The translations under genes were made by a program, and so were the position numbers. A stretch of DNA of 64,000 nucleotides from Haplodiscus bocki (taxonomy: Eukaryota): assembly GCA_965655095.1 (NCBI GenBank), contig OZ296654.1, positions 40,982,001-41,046,000 of the forward strand. The letters are read 5' to 3'. The notes below the pieces were generated by a model, which searched no databases, was not told the DNA's origin, and saw only the letters and a program-made list of their open reading frames with translations. Position 1 is the stretch's first letter; each line of letters opens with the position of its first letter. This document shows positions 40,041-51,900 of the stretch, one piece after another.

Positions 40041-41703
40041 AAAATTTTTCACTGACTTTTTCGAACATCCCTCTTATATTTGAATCTTTCTCATTTCTGT
40101 AATCTGTTCCCCTAATACTGGCTCACTGGTTCTCTGCTCACCGGCACTGGCTCAATGGCTCACTGGTTCATTAGTCACTGGCTTACTGGCTCTTGACCTG
40201 TCACTGGATTTCTGGATTTCTCGTTTTCTTGCTTTCTGGATTTCTAGTTTCTGGTCCCCTTATTCTGCTGGTTTTGCTCTCCAACGCTAGCTCTGCATTC
40301 TCTGGCTATCTTCTCGCCCAGAATAAAGTATCATATTCAACTGGATTATATATTTTTGTCAGTGTTGCTGTTTTGATGGCAGAACGATGATATTTCAACC
40401 AAAATTCTGCCTTTGCACACTATGTATCCACCTCAGTTGAATAACTCCGATTGCAATCTGGCTCCAAAGTCATTGCTCATGCAATCGGTCTCAACTGTTC
40501 TTTATTACACTGATTTACTATGCGTCATCCACCTTATTGGTCCGATGCAAGCAAAATTCGACGCACAATCCTGTGAAATCTTCCCCAGAAAATTGGTTTA
40601 TACAACTAATTTGGACTTTTTTCACGGACTCTTTCGACAAAAACTATTTAATCTATAATCCCCTCTCTAAAATCCTAAAACTCTTTTGCTAAAATTGTAA
40701 TCACTATAATAAATCTCAAATAATTTCCTTTGTTTTCACAATATTTACTCAAAGGCTACCCTTGTTGGTATAAGTGCTTGCCCCCCTCCCTGTATTTATT
40801 CACCTCACATTTTTTTCTCGCTCACAGAAAAATTATGAAGTCATGTTAAACTAAAGTGATTTTTTTAAATACAGAACAATTGTTTGTCGAACCAAAAAAT
40901 GTTTACTCTGAACACTTCCCTAAACACCCTCTGAAATCCGAGTAAAACTGTCAAAATTGAGCAAAAATTCGGAGCAAAAATTTTTTTAAACCAACTGTCT
41001 GTACACCTTCAATTTCAAAGAGTGAAGTTGATGAGTCAAACTCTGAAGGTTTCAATAAGAAATTGAAATTCCAGCAGGTTTTCATTTTTTTAATTTCAAT
41101 TAGTCAAGTCGTTCACTTTTCCACACCTGCTAGAACTTTTTTTGAACTTCTTTCGGCAACGAAAGCACAGTCGACAAAAAAAGCACAGTCGACAACACAG
41201 AAACTAAAATTGTGACCAAAGGCTTCGAAGAAAGCATTCACTTCAGATGACTGAAGTGTTTAAGCAGCTCATTTCGTAACACTGATACAAACTAAAGTTG
41301 AACTGTTCTTCACATTGACATGTAATTCGGTCATGATACGTCATCAGTCTCAATTCAAAATTAACCTCTGGAACTTTCGAAAGAAAATTGAATGATCAAA
41401 AAAGTGAAATCAGTCATACCGGGTTGATAATTGATATTCAATGGTCATTTCGCACCCAAAATTAAAAGTCGAACCCCAAGATCGAAAAGATTTACCTGAG
41501 AAAATTAGTTTAACCTGATGAAAACTCCAGTGAAAAGGAAAAATTGTGAAAAAATGAACCTTCTTACAAGTGAAACATTTCACTTAGAACAAAAGTCTTC
41601 GACAGATCATGACAAAACCTAAAACTGAAAACCCACTGAAATGTGCTAACCTTCTCATGAACAAGCACTGAAATTCATTTTCTAAATTAAAAACCTCCTC
41701 GAA

Positions 41704-41972
41704 TAAAACACATGCATATTTAGAAAATAAATTCCTGAACTAGCGTAGGAAAAATTTAACTCTGTTCTTATTCCTTGGTTATGATTTTTCATGAATAGTT
41801 ATGAGCTAGATAAAAATGTAGAGTTGAACTATTATCCAAGTAGAGAATAGTTTTTTCTCAAGAAAAATACTGAATCTTTGAAATACCTGAGTACTCGAGT
41901 TAGATCAAGTCATCCTTGTCCGTAGTATTCATTTAGCGAGCAACCACTAAAACATCTTTAAAAGTTAATACA
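41704..41972 (+). mobile_element. 3' LTR of the Gypsy element
   Basis: Shares ccaagtagagaata, gaaatacctgagtac, gagttagatcaagtca, ttgtccgtagt and caaccact with both 5' LTR copies. Ends AATACA. Confidence 0.85.
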
Positions 41973-42870
41973 GTATCTAACACTGGATCGTCCGAAAGAT
42001 TTAGGAGCCTACTTTTTCGTTTGACTTTTATTTGGTATTTTCCTTTGACAATAAGTTTTTGATAGACCTGTATTACACTTGCACAAAATGTCAAATAACG
42101 AAGGAAAACTCTAAGAAATTTTGAATTGGAATATTGCCAAAATATCATCAGCAGTTGATTTTTTCGGCGTTTTCGGTTGATCACGATAATTCAACTGATA
42201 CAGCAAGTCTCAAAGAACTTCAACTTGAAGACTTTCATATTTTTGAATGTTTTCACTCCTTATCTCGATGGAGGAAGTGAAGAAAACGAAGAGGGACGAA
42301 TGGTAACTTGAAGATGTGTATCTTTCCAAACTAATATCTCTTCTTGGCATTTTTGGAGTATAAGGTTTCCGAGGCAAAGATCAAAATCAATCATTCAATC
42401 TTTTATCTATTGACATGTCCTGTGCAAGTAGATAGTTTCAACTATAGCGCCTTCATAGAAAGATACAAGCGTCTTGTTATGGACAAATACCTTTTCGAAA
42501 ACCTGCTTGTATTAATTGATAACATCTTTGGCTTTTTCGAACAGTCACGCGTCAGAAAAAAAAACATATACATCACGGGCTCAGTGTTACGCTCAAAGTA
42601 AAAATTCTCATATTCGCAGAGTCAAGAAGATCGTGCCTTCATTGCTTATTTAAAATCTCGGCACCTAACCTTTTAAAGGTTTCTACAATATTGAATAGTT
42701 TGAAATGAAAAGGTCGATTTATTTTTTTGGGAGAAATACTCTCGAAAAAAAATCTGTGTGCAACTGAAAGCTAACGCATATCATACTACATATAATATGT
42801 GTCTGAATTTCCGAGGCCAAAAGGATTTCTTGTTCGAAGTCTGCTTCCAGGATATGGGATTGAAGATTCA
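41973..42870. repeat. Continuation of the ~780-bp array after the retrotransposon (right boundary approximate)
   Basis: acactggatcgtccgaaag continues the unit broken at 22723/29261 (compare the intact unit gcaaataaaacat..acactgaagtgtccaaaaag at 21148-21190). Anchors recur at 42175, 42267, 42476 and 42544. Confidence 0.8.
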
Positions 42871-44589
42871 CAAATCTTACAAATGGTCACTAATTCCCGA
42901 TCTGTAAGTTTGTTTCGTTGAAAAAAATTCGAACAACTTTCTCAACGAAAAGTTTCCTTGAAACAACGAAAAGTTGAAACAATTGAGCTTCTTTTTGCAC
43001 GCGGTAACTTCCCCTAAAAACATAATTGACAAAAACCTCAAAATATCATTGAAAACTTGATTGTCACTTTCTGGAGCCAAAAAAAACCTAGGAAAAATTG
43101 CTTCAACTTTACTAGAAAGTAATCGCTAGAAATTGGAGTTCCTAGTTTTTCCAACGGAGGTCTGGGCCATCTTGTGACTGTATTTTAATATAGAGTACAA
43201 AAAAAGACGCGAATAGATCGAATTTGCTGAAAATGTTTCAGTTCTCCAGTTTCTCTTGCAGAAAAACCTATTGCTAACTTTTATAATCTGTGAACGCAAA
43301 ATTGTTGGAGAAAATTGAATAAAGTTTTCCATTGGTTCTATCGTATAAAGGCATTTGCCAAAATTTTTTTGCACTGAATAAAATTTCAAATTGAGAAAAA
43401 AGACTTCAAAAACACTCATATGTTTCGAGTTCTCGTCGCGCAGAGAAATCTCGAGAAACATCGACAAGGAAACAGAAACATAGTATCTCAAAAATGGAGT
43501 CATTCAGTGACGCTACGCAGAAATCAAGTGATTTGAGGACCTAAGAGCCAATTTAACGACTTCAAACGCACATACGTTTCCAAAAACCGGAAAAGCTGGA
43601 TTTTCATGATTCTTTTGTACAAAAGCCAGACAAGGAATTCTGTCTCTGCAAACAAAATCTACAAGAATGACATTATGTGACTTTTTTCCTTTTTTCCTTT
43701 GTCGAGGCAAATCAAAAATTTTTCTCGGATGCGAATCTAGCACAAAGAATTGGATTTCGATGAAAAAAGATGAAAAAAATCGATTTCCAAGTTTTTTCCC
43801 AAAAAAGCAATCCAAACGCTTTTTCACCGCGACTGAATATTCGACAGCTTTGAGTTCTAATCTAATGTTGGTTGAAAAATCAATTGCTTGGAATTGCAAC
43901 GAGCCACAATAAAAGATTGAAAAACCCTAAAGGTCTTCGCCATACCGAAAACAAGTCTGATTTTCAAGATACTTTCGCAAGAAATACAGATCAGCGAACT
44001 GTTGGGACCGCAACTGACAATTAATGTGTGATGGAAAAATGGTAATATTGTAGAGTTTGAGTAAAATTGAAACAGTTTGGAGCCGTAAATGTTGAAAAAA
44101 TATGACTAGTAATAATACTATGACTGTCAAAATAGTTCGAAGTGGTTCAATTTGCAAATTTCTCTTGCAAAAGATCTTCAAAAAACATCAGAGGACAAAC
44201 AAAATTCAGTGCATGATAGGAACCAGCCTCTTCAGCAATTTTCTGCTGAATTAGGACATTTTGGGAGTCCCATATGAAGGTACAAAAGACTTACAATATG
44301 ATAAATCTCTTAACCAAGTTGATAAAATTAGGTTGTTCTTCATGTTTGTTTCGCAGAAAAAATACCGAAAACATTTCAGACGACTAACAAAATTTACTCT
44401 GCAATAGAACCGAGTCTCTTCGTTCATCTTATGCGAAATTCAGGCAATTTAGAGCGCTTTATGCGGAATCAAACTACCTATAATTTGACAATTTTAGTCA
44501 AGTTGGCCAAAAATTGACTGGCTTTCAAGCTTTTATCGAACAGAAATTTCGAAAAATTGGGAATGCAACTATCATAGTTTGAGAAAGAA

Positions 44590-44885
44590 ATCTTCGACAG
44601 GGTTGTCAACTTTGCGTTCTACATGTCTAGGGGAACACTTTGGAATTTAAGAAAATTCTGGAAAAAATTTAAACTTTTTGGAAATTCAGCAAAATTATTT
44701 GGACTTTGAACAACATTTTTCGGCGAGATTGCCAAAACTGTGTTCTACTTCTCCAATGATTTTTTTGGGAAAAAATTGTTGAAAAATCATATAATTTCTT
44801 GAAATATTTCGGACTTTTTGGAAAAAATTCCTCGGATTTGTGAAAAATGCATTTTACGAGTCCATGGGAACAATTTGGGGTCTTT
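44590..44885. repeat. Short diverged tandem repeat, ~110-125-bp period, about 3 units
   Basis: The motif ..ttgtcaa(aa)ctgcRttctac.tgtcca.ggga acatttttgg recurs near 44597, 44721 and 44831. Confidence 0.5.
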
Positions 44886-45282
44886 TTAAAAAAAACGTGA
44901 ACATGTTCACTCCGAGCTGGGAAATTCCGGAGAAAAAAGAAAGTCAACCTACTGAGAAAAAGATTTTCCTTTCGTGATTTAAATTACCACGGAAGATAAT
45001 AAATATTACGTTTGTGGCTTTGAGATCAAACAGTTCTTCATAAAAATTTGGCTAAATGATATTTTGCATTGAGTCCGTTTATGAAATTTAACTAAATAAC
45101 GGAGTTTTTAACTGCAATAGTTTGAATGGCAAATTTATTGATTTTACATTTTCGCAAAAAGGGTTGTTACGATTGTTCAATATGATGACTTCTCATAGTT
45201 TGTGAATTTCTCGAAGTTATGTTTTGAAGCATCAGTGGGTGCCGTACAATGATAATGACTGCATTAAAATTGAGAGTTAATT

Positions 45283-45918
45283 TCAATTTCGACGGAGAAG
45301 CAGCTTTTGTAAGTTGATGAATGGCGTTTCTACTATAGCCGCAATGGGAACCGAAGAACAAAAGATGAGAGCCAAACATCCTGAAGCTTCCAGAACAAAC
45401 TGAATTGTGGAATACCGAAAGAACTTTTCCACTGCCATGATTCGAACATCTAACCAGAAGAGGTGCCAGATATAGGTTGTGTAGTTGATCCGGGCGAATG
45501 GAATCCAGAAATTGGATGACAGAAATTTGTTCACGATTCCTCCATAACCCAAACTGCAGAGAAGAATTACCAATGAAACGGCAACTGTCCATAGCAATCT
45601 AAAAGTGCCGTTGTAAAATGCACTTGCCACTCGGTCCATTGGGTGACCATTCACTGTTGGATATACCCCATATATAGTAATTATGCCCAGCAGTACCGCT
45701 AAAAGCCATAAACTTGTGATAAGTACAATTCTCAAATGCAGCGATAGCCTTTCGATGAGAGACTCGACTTTTTTCAAGTCGTACAGCGCCATTCCCAACA
45801 AAAGTCCCACGCCATAAGTTTGAAACCTGCAGTAGGAGCTGAAGTATATGATGTCTTTCCAGTGTAGGTCTGAACTATAATGTGCTTGAGCTGTTGGATC
45901 TCCAATCAAAGGTGATCC
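45283..45918 (-). CDS. NRF-6-like exon 5 (terminal)
   Basis: Acceptor ttatctttcag|GGA; 636 nt to the TGA at 45285-45283. Confidence 0.92.
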   Translation of the reverse strand, partial: GSPLIGDPTAQAHYSSDLHWKDIIYFSSYCRFQTYGVGLLLGMALYDLKKVESLIERLSLHLRIVLITSLWLLAVLLGIITIYGVYPTVNGHPMDRVASAFYNGTFRLLWTVAVSLVILLCSLGYGGIVNKFLSSNFWIPFARINYTTYIWHLFWLDVRIMAVEKFFRYSTIQFVLEASGCLALIFCSSVPIAAIVETPFINLQKLLLRRN

Positions 45919-48900
45919 CTGAAAGATAAGTTTTTGAAATTTGCGCAGTTCAAGCTCAGTATGTTTTTGAAGTAATACAACCAACAGAATAATTTTTGTC
46001 ACATTCAAGTTTTACCAAGGTCGTGAATAATCGTGCTAATCTGAAAAATCTTAGATGATTATGCACACTTGCATTGGGATTTCACTTGTGCAAATTCCTA
46101 ACTTTAAAGTGAACCTTGCTGAATTTTGTGTAACAATCCACCTGTGCTCTTTTCCTGTCCTGATTGGCTATGTGTTAATTCAGTAAAGAGGTTTTTGAAG
46201 CATTTATTACTAAGAACTGTTCTGTAGATACGTATCCAATCGAATTAACTTTACTTTTCAATATCGCAGGATCTCTGCATGATCACCTGACAAAACGTCT
46301 TTATAACGATTATACGTCAACCTGTAAAAACCAGTAACCAAGACACCTATAAGCAGATGCTTGTACTCTAAATTTATAATCAATCATTTCACATCACTGT
46401 TTACCAATTTCTAATTAAATCTAATCAGACACTTTCTAAAACTTTCAATACAACAGTAGAACGTACTAAAAAATTTCTGAAAAAAATTGTACCAGAAGTT
46501 TTCGTGCCCCTTCTTGCTTCATTTCGGAACTATTTTACCACAGTGATTGGAAAATGTATTAACCCGACTCCGTTTCTTCTGCAGCGAATTTGAAGCAATT
46601 TTTAGCTGGTGCGTTTGTTCACTAGATGACCAGAGAAACGTATCTCGCAAGTATCTTGCAAGATTCTTGCAAAAAGAGCATCTCTTGTAAGTTCCTTGCA
46701 AACACAAATAATTCTTGCAAGAACCTTACAGTTAAAAATAAACATTGCAAGATCCTTCCAGATGTCTTGCAAGAAAAAAGAAATCGTCGAGACTTGCAAG
46801 AAACATAATGTTCTTGTACGAATCATGCAAGATAGGTTTTCCGGAAAATCTTTCAGTATTTTGCGTCCTAACTTTTCCAAAAAGCCATCCTGATTTCTTT
46901 CGAAAAAAAATGCGGCGATTCGCATCCAAGCAACTTACTGTTGTATCGATTATTGGAGGTAAAGAAAATCATTACTGACAAGATAGATGGTCAGTACTTC
47001 AATGCGTCAACCTCCACAGATGCATCGAACTTCTCAGAAAAATGTGTTATGTTGACCAGAGAAGGTAACCAATTAGCCAGCATTGTGAAGGAAGGATTTG
47101 AACACAAATAGCTCTATTATCGACATTTCTCACTTTAAATTGTTGATTGACTATCGTCATTTGTAAATAACACTTCTGCATTATAGGCTTTCTCATCAAC
47201 TTTCTAATAAACCAGCAATTGCCTTAAAAAATTTTGTTCTCTCAGTGTGCATTTCTAACTGAGAAAACCGATGAACACAATTCGAGTGCCATATGCCAGG
47301 ATGAAACAATATCCCGGATACGGATATCCAAAGAAAAAATCGACTGGAATATTTTTTTGTAAAAAAAAAACGTTTTTTTTTATGTTCAGCTCTATAAGGA
47401 TATTCCATCCGAAGGCAGAGCGTAATTGTTTTTCCATGGTGTAGAAATCTCTCCTGAAATGAGATGGCGTAAGTTGTGAGGCAAGTCAATCAAATTCCCT
47501 ACATAAGTTTTTTTCTTGGACGTTTTTTTTTAAATCTCCACTCGATTCTTGCAAGAATCTTGGGAAAACATTCCGAGCGAAAATCTTTCAAAAAATGCAC
47601 CCTTACAGAGAATGCTTGCAAATTGGCTGCAAGAAGAATGAAATGTCTTTCAAGATCTTGTAAAACATCTTGCAAGTATTTTGCCAGGAACGTTCTTTCT
47701 TACACCTAAAGTGGGTAGAAAATGAAACTTGTTGAGATGTTAAGATTTTTTTTCTTGAAAATAACTGCAAATATTTTTTCTTCTTTTCCAGTCATCTGCC
47801 ATGTTTTGTTTCTACTATTTTTTATGCAAATTTGCGCATTCAAAAGTTTTCAAAAGCACATAAGGCTCCCGCTCCGAAGATTTTGTGTACTGTGAAACAA
47901 AAACTTCTCAAAACAAACTGTGACAACCACTCTCTGTAAAAATCAAACGTTGGTGCCTGACCGATGAGCAGCACCGAGTTCTAGCTATGCTGAACATGTT
48001 GTTTTTGTGACAACCGATTTGAGTTCAATCCATATTTTTTGAAAAAAAAACGACTTCCAGTTATTCATCAAAATCCACACCCGTATTCTAAAATGTTCCA
48101 AGGTCTTTCGAGAAAAAAGTTCTCGAAGTTTTCTAAACCATCGGTTGTCCGACAGTTTATAGCGTACCAACGAGAATACCTAAAATTTTTTTGCTAGTCT
48201 CACGCAGACTTTTTGCAGCGAAAGAGTAAAACGTTTCAGAACTGCAAAAATTTGGACTTCTTTGGGCGAGGCCGGCTATGATTGTTCTCAGCTTGTTCTT
48301 CAATGAAGCTGTTTTTTTTTTTACTTTTTCACCGATTTTTTTTCAGAACAAGCTTTCACTATTCGATCACTAGTACGAAAAGCAATTCTCAACTGTTGAA
48401 ATATCAAATAGTTAGTTGGAATCTGCAATGTAAAAATGGCGGGGTTAAAATTATCTGCGATAGCCATATGTAAATGGCTCTTCAGATGAAATTACCTTCT
48501 TTGTCGAAAAAACTTTTCAACAAGTGTTAATGGCAGACAATTTTTGTCGGCAAATCGTGGAATTTTACCGGCAGTCTAGCAATTTTATTTGCATTATTAT
48601 GCAAATGTACTTCAGAAAGCTAGAAAACCGTTCATGTAGCACAGCCCGCCTATTTTCTCTTTGTTATTTTCCGCCATATTTATAATATGGGAAGAAAATC
48701 ATCCACTCGAAGCGAAGGTTTTCTTACGCTGACCTGCTAATTGATGGTGTCCGATGTGAAAGTGTTCGATGTTCGACAGTTGTGTGCGTGAAATTTTTTA
48801 TAACCCAATTGTGGCAAATTTGCCGTAGAATGCGACTGAAATAGTACGGTTTCTCAAAACGTACGAAGTTTGAGTTTTTGTGGAAAAAAACGATGGTTTT

Positions 48901-51900
48901 TTTAATCAACTTGATGTATTCAAAATTGGTAAAGGTGGCAAATTTGCTGTAGAGTGGGTATCAAATGATATAATTTCATAAAATTTCTTTTTTTTTGCAC
49001 CTGAATCGGAGTTTTTTGAAGAAATCACAAATAAAATTAATTTAGAAAAAAAAAGATGAAGTTTCTTTCAAGAACACGCTGTCATCTTTCTGGAATTTAC
49101 CTTTAGCATTTTTAGAGGGCTCAAAATATGCGTATGGTGGCCGGCCGTCTTGTTGTATATTTTGATTTCCAATAGTAAGATGGGAATTCTTCGATATTGA
49201 CTGTTTACTCTCGACTAAATAAACAGCATATAAAACTAACTTTCCTGAAATTATCATTTTAGAAGGTCAAAGTTCAACGTTTCTTTTTTTTGCTATAAAT
49301 GCATCTCGCTTCTCTTTGCCTCTCGATAGAGAAGTTCTCCAACTTTTCTCTTCCTACAGGTTAAGTTGAAATATGACACCGCGCAGGTTATCATGGACCA
49401 GTTTTCTCAAAGTTGACTCGTCACTGCTTGAAAAATCTGAGCACGACTTTTTTTCTAGAAACAAAAAATTGATTGTGTTAGTGCGTGATTTTACCCAATG
49501 CATACTGGAAACTTTACCTAAATGTATCAATAGAGATTGGAGGCGTCTCTCTAATTAATTTAACTGCGACCACAGGTAATTTTCCTGAAATCTTTGCCGA
49601 GAATTAGCTGGTAAACTTGCTTGCTAATATATGTACTGCAGGTAAACTGCATGCGGGACCGAATTACACACGGGCCACAAATAAAGTTACCTGATAATTT
49701 TTGCAAATTCAAATGCATCCTTTTTGCAGTGTATTCTCTAAAAGTATCCGAAAATTTGATTCTGGTCAAATTTTCAAATATCAAAGAACCATTCGTATGT
49801 AGCAAATCGCAAGTTGACGTGAACTTACTCCGGCAGGTGGGATATTTTTGATTGCTGTCATCATGAGGGTGATGAGAGAAGAACAGAATATAAGCAACCC
49901 AATGACTCCAGAGCCAACTTGTCTCCACTTATAAACCACTATTATCACCAGTGGACTCAGAATGTAAAATTGCATGTCGCTAGCAACATACCACGTCCAG
50001 TCTAAACGAGCCATGCAGCGGAATAATTACCAGGAATAAATAACCGGTATTGTAGGTTATATGACCTGGGTTGAAGTCCCAGAGCAAAACAGCGCTGAAC
50101 AGCGCTGTTTCAGAGATTTCTTAAAACTCAACGCTGATTAGCGCTGTTTCAGAATGGGTTAAAAAAACCATCGCTGATTTCGAGCTCTGAAATTTGGGCT
50201 TTTTAGCGCTGTTCACAGGTGAATCAGGGCTGTTCAGAGATTTTCAGGTAATGAACAGTGCTGAATCAGGACTGAAACTTTTCTGAATCAGAACAGATCA
50301 GCGCTGATTTGCTATGGGACTTCAAAACGGGGAGCAATAGGTATCTCAATGGTATTTTGTATGGGGCCTTTACCTAAGCGACGTTTTTAAATGTCTATTA
50401 TTTGGTCAAGTAAAAATTAGCGTGGCCACTGATTAAATAAAGATGGTACTTCGCCACTATCACTGACATCCAATTGCAAGGTAAGATGCTCAGTTTAGCC
50501 CGGGTTGAAATTGATTCCCAAATTTTGCTCGAGTCTCATTTTGAACGCAAGATAAATGTGCAAAGGCTGAATAATCTTGTCCGTTGGCATAAGAAACGCA
50601 GTGACGGGTAGAAAACGCAATCTTTTGCAAGTTGGGAATGTTTTTTGGAACCACGTTGACCGCTCATCAATTCTCTACCGATGGTCAGTCAGTACACTTT
50701 TGAAAACATCAACGGAACCTTTTTTTTCAGAATAGAAAAAATTATTTCAATATAGGCTGGTACTGCTCAGAAAAAAACACCAAGAAATATCGATTTTCAT
50801 TAGAAACCCACAGGTTCGACGTTTATCATCAAAGGTTGGTCAGTCTGGGAACACTTGCTGGTGGGATATTTTTTGATATCGATCAAAAAATACCGGCCAT
50901 AATATTCATCCCATACCTGAATAGGCGGTATCAAAAGATGCGCTAGACTTTCAAAATTAACAAAGAAGCTTTGATTGTTCTCTTCGAAATACTTCATCGT
51001 TTATCAGTGCTTGCTCAATTACAGGAAAATTTGATTTTCTATAAAGTTACTCACCAATACATGGTAGAGAAGCAGAGGCGCCAGTTGTAACAAAATTGTT
51101 GTAGAAAAATACTGTTGAAGCCCAATCATTCACACCTTTACAGCTGTCAATCAAACTACCAGGGGCGTAGGGTTGATATGCAGGGGAGTACGTGAGCTTA
51201 GACATCAAGGGTACGAACCCGAAAAGGAAAAGTATGCCCAATATCATTGTTGGCCACAATCTAGCAAGTCGATGGATGTAAAACATAGCCCAAAAATTTA
51301 AATTGTATGGGTTATGAAGTTTTTCCAGGGACCTCAGTGCACCTAGCATGACCAGAAGTCCGCTGAGAACAAAAAAGGTGTCCACTGAAGGGGATGCATT
51401 GGTGAGAGTTTGAAACAATAAGCTTGTCGATTTGTCGAGTGCATAGACAACATTGTCGAAGACAGCCAGCTCTAGAAGTGTCGTGTGACCCAGCACAACC
51501 CAAGCCATGCTCATCACTCTTATACCATTCAGCACCTGCAATTGACTTGAGTCTGTTTTTGTTGGGATCGCTGACCAGAAACAAAATAATCTTTAATTTC
51601 AGACTAAAAATTGATGGTTCAAAGCTTTGGAAACAAATCTTACCCAAGATTTTTTTCATATTGTTGTGAAAGTCAAAGCAGAGAAAGAAACGGATCCAAA
51701 AGGAAGGATTCTCATCGTTTTTGTTTGATACGTTATTTGATACATCTACGTTCAGCTTTTCATTCCAATTCAATCCAGCAGTATTTTCATTGTTTGATAC
51801 CATTGACAGGTTTTGGGTCTCCTCCAGAATTTTACAAGATTGATAACATTCTAAACAAAAAATGACTCGGTCAACAAGTTCTGATAAACGCGAAAATTAG

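Larger units (their letters stand above)
29262..41972 (+). mobile_element. Degenerate Ty3/Gypsy LTR retrotransposon, ~12.7 kb, internally deleted
   Basis: 5' LTR 29262-29536, PBS, gag, protease, RT and RNase H relics in Gypsy order, then 3' LTR 41704-41972 ending in CA. Imperfect 4-bp TSD ctat/gtat. The host array resumes in register at 41973. Confidence 0.9.

Noticed and set aside
43100-44500. ORFs of 125, 128 and 84 aa as Maverick polymerase or a host gene
   Set aside because: No pPolB or other recognisable motifs. The F/K/L-rich composition is expected from AT-rich non-coding DNA.
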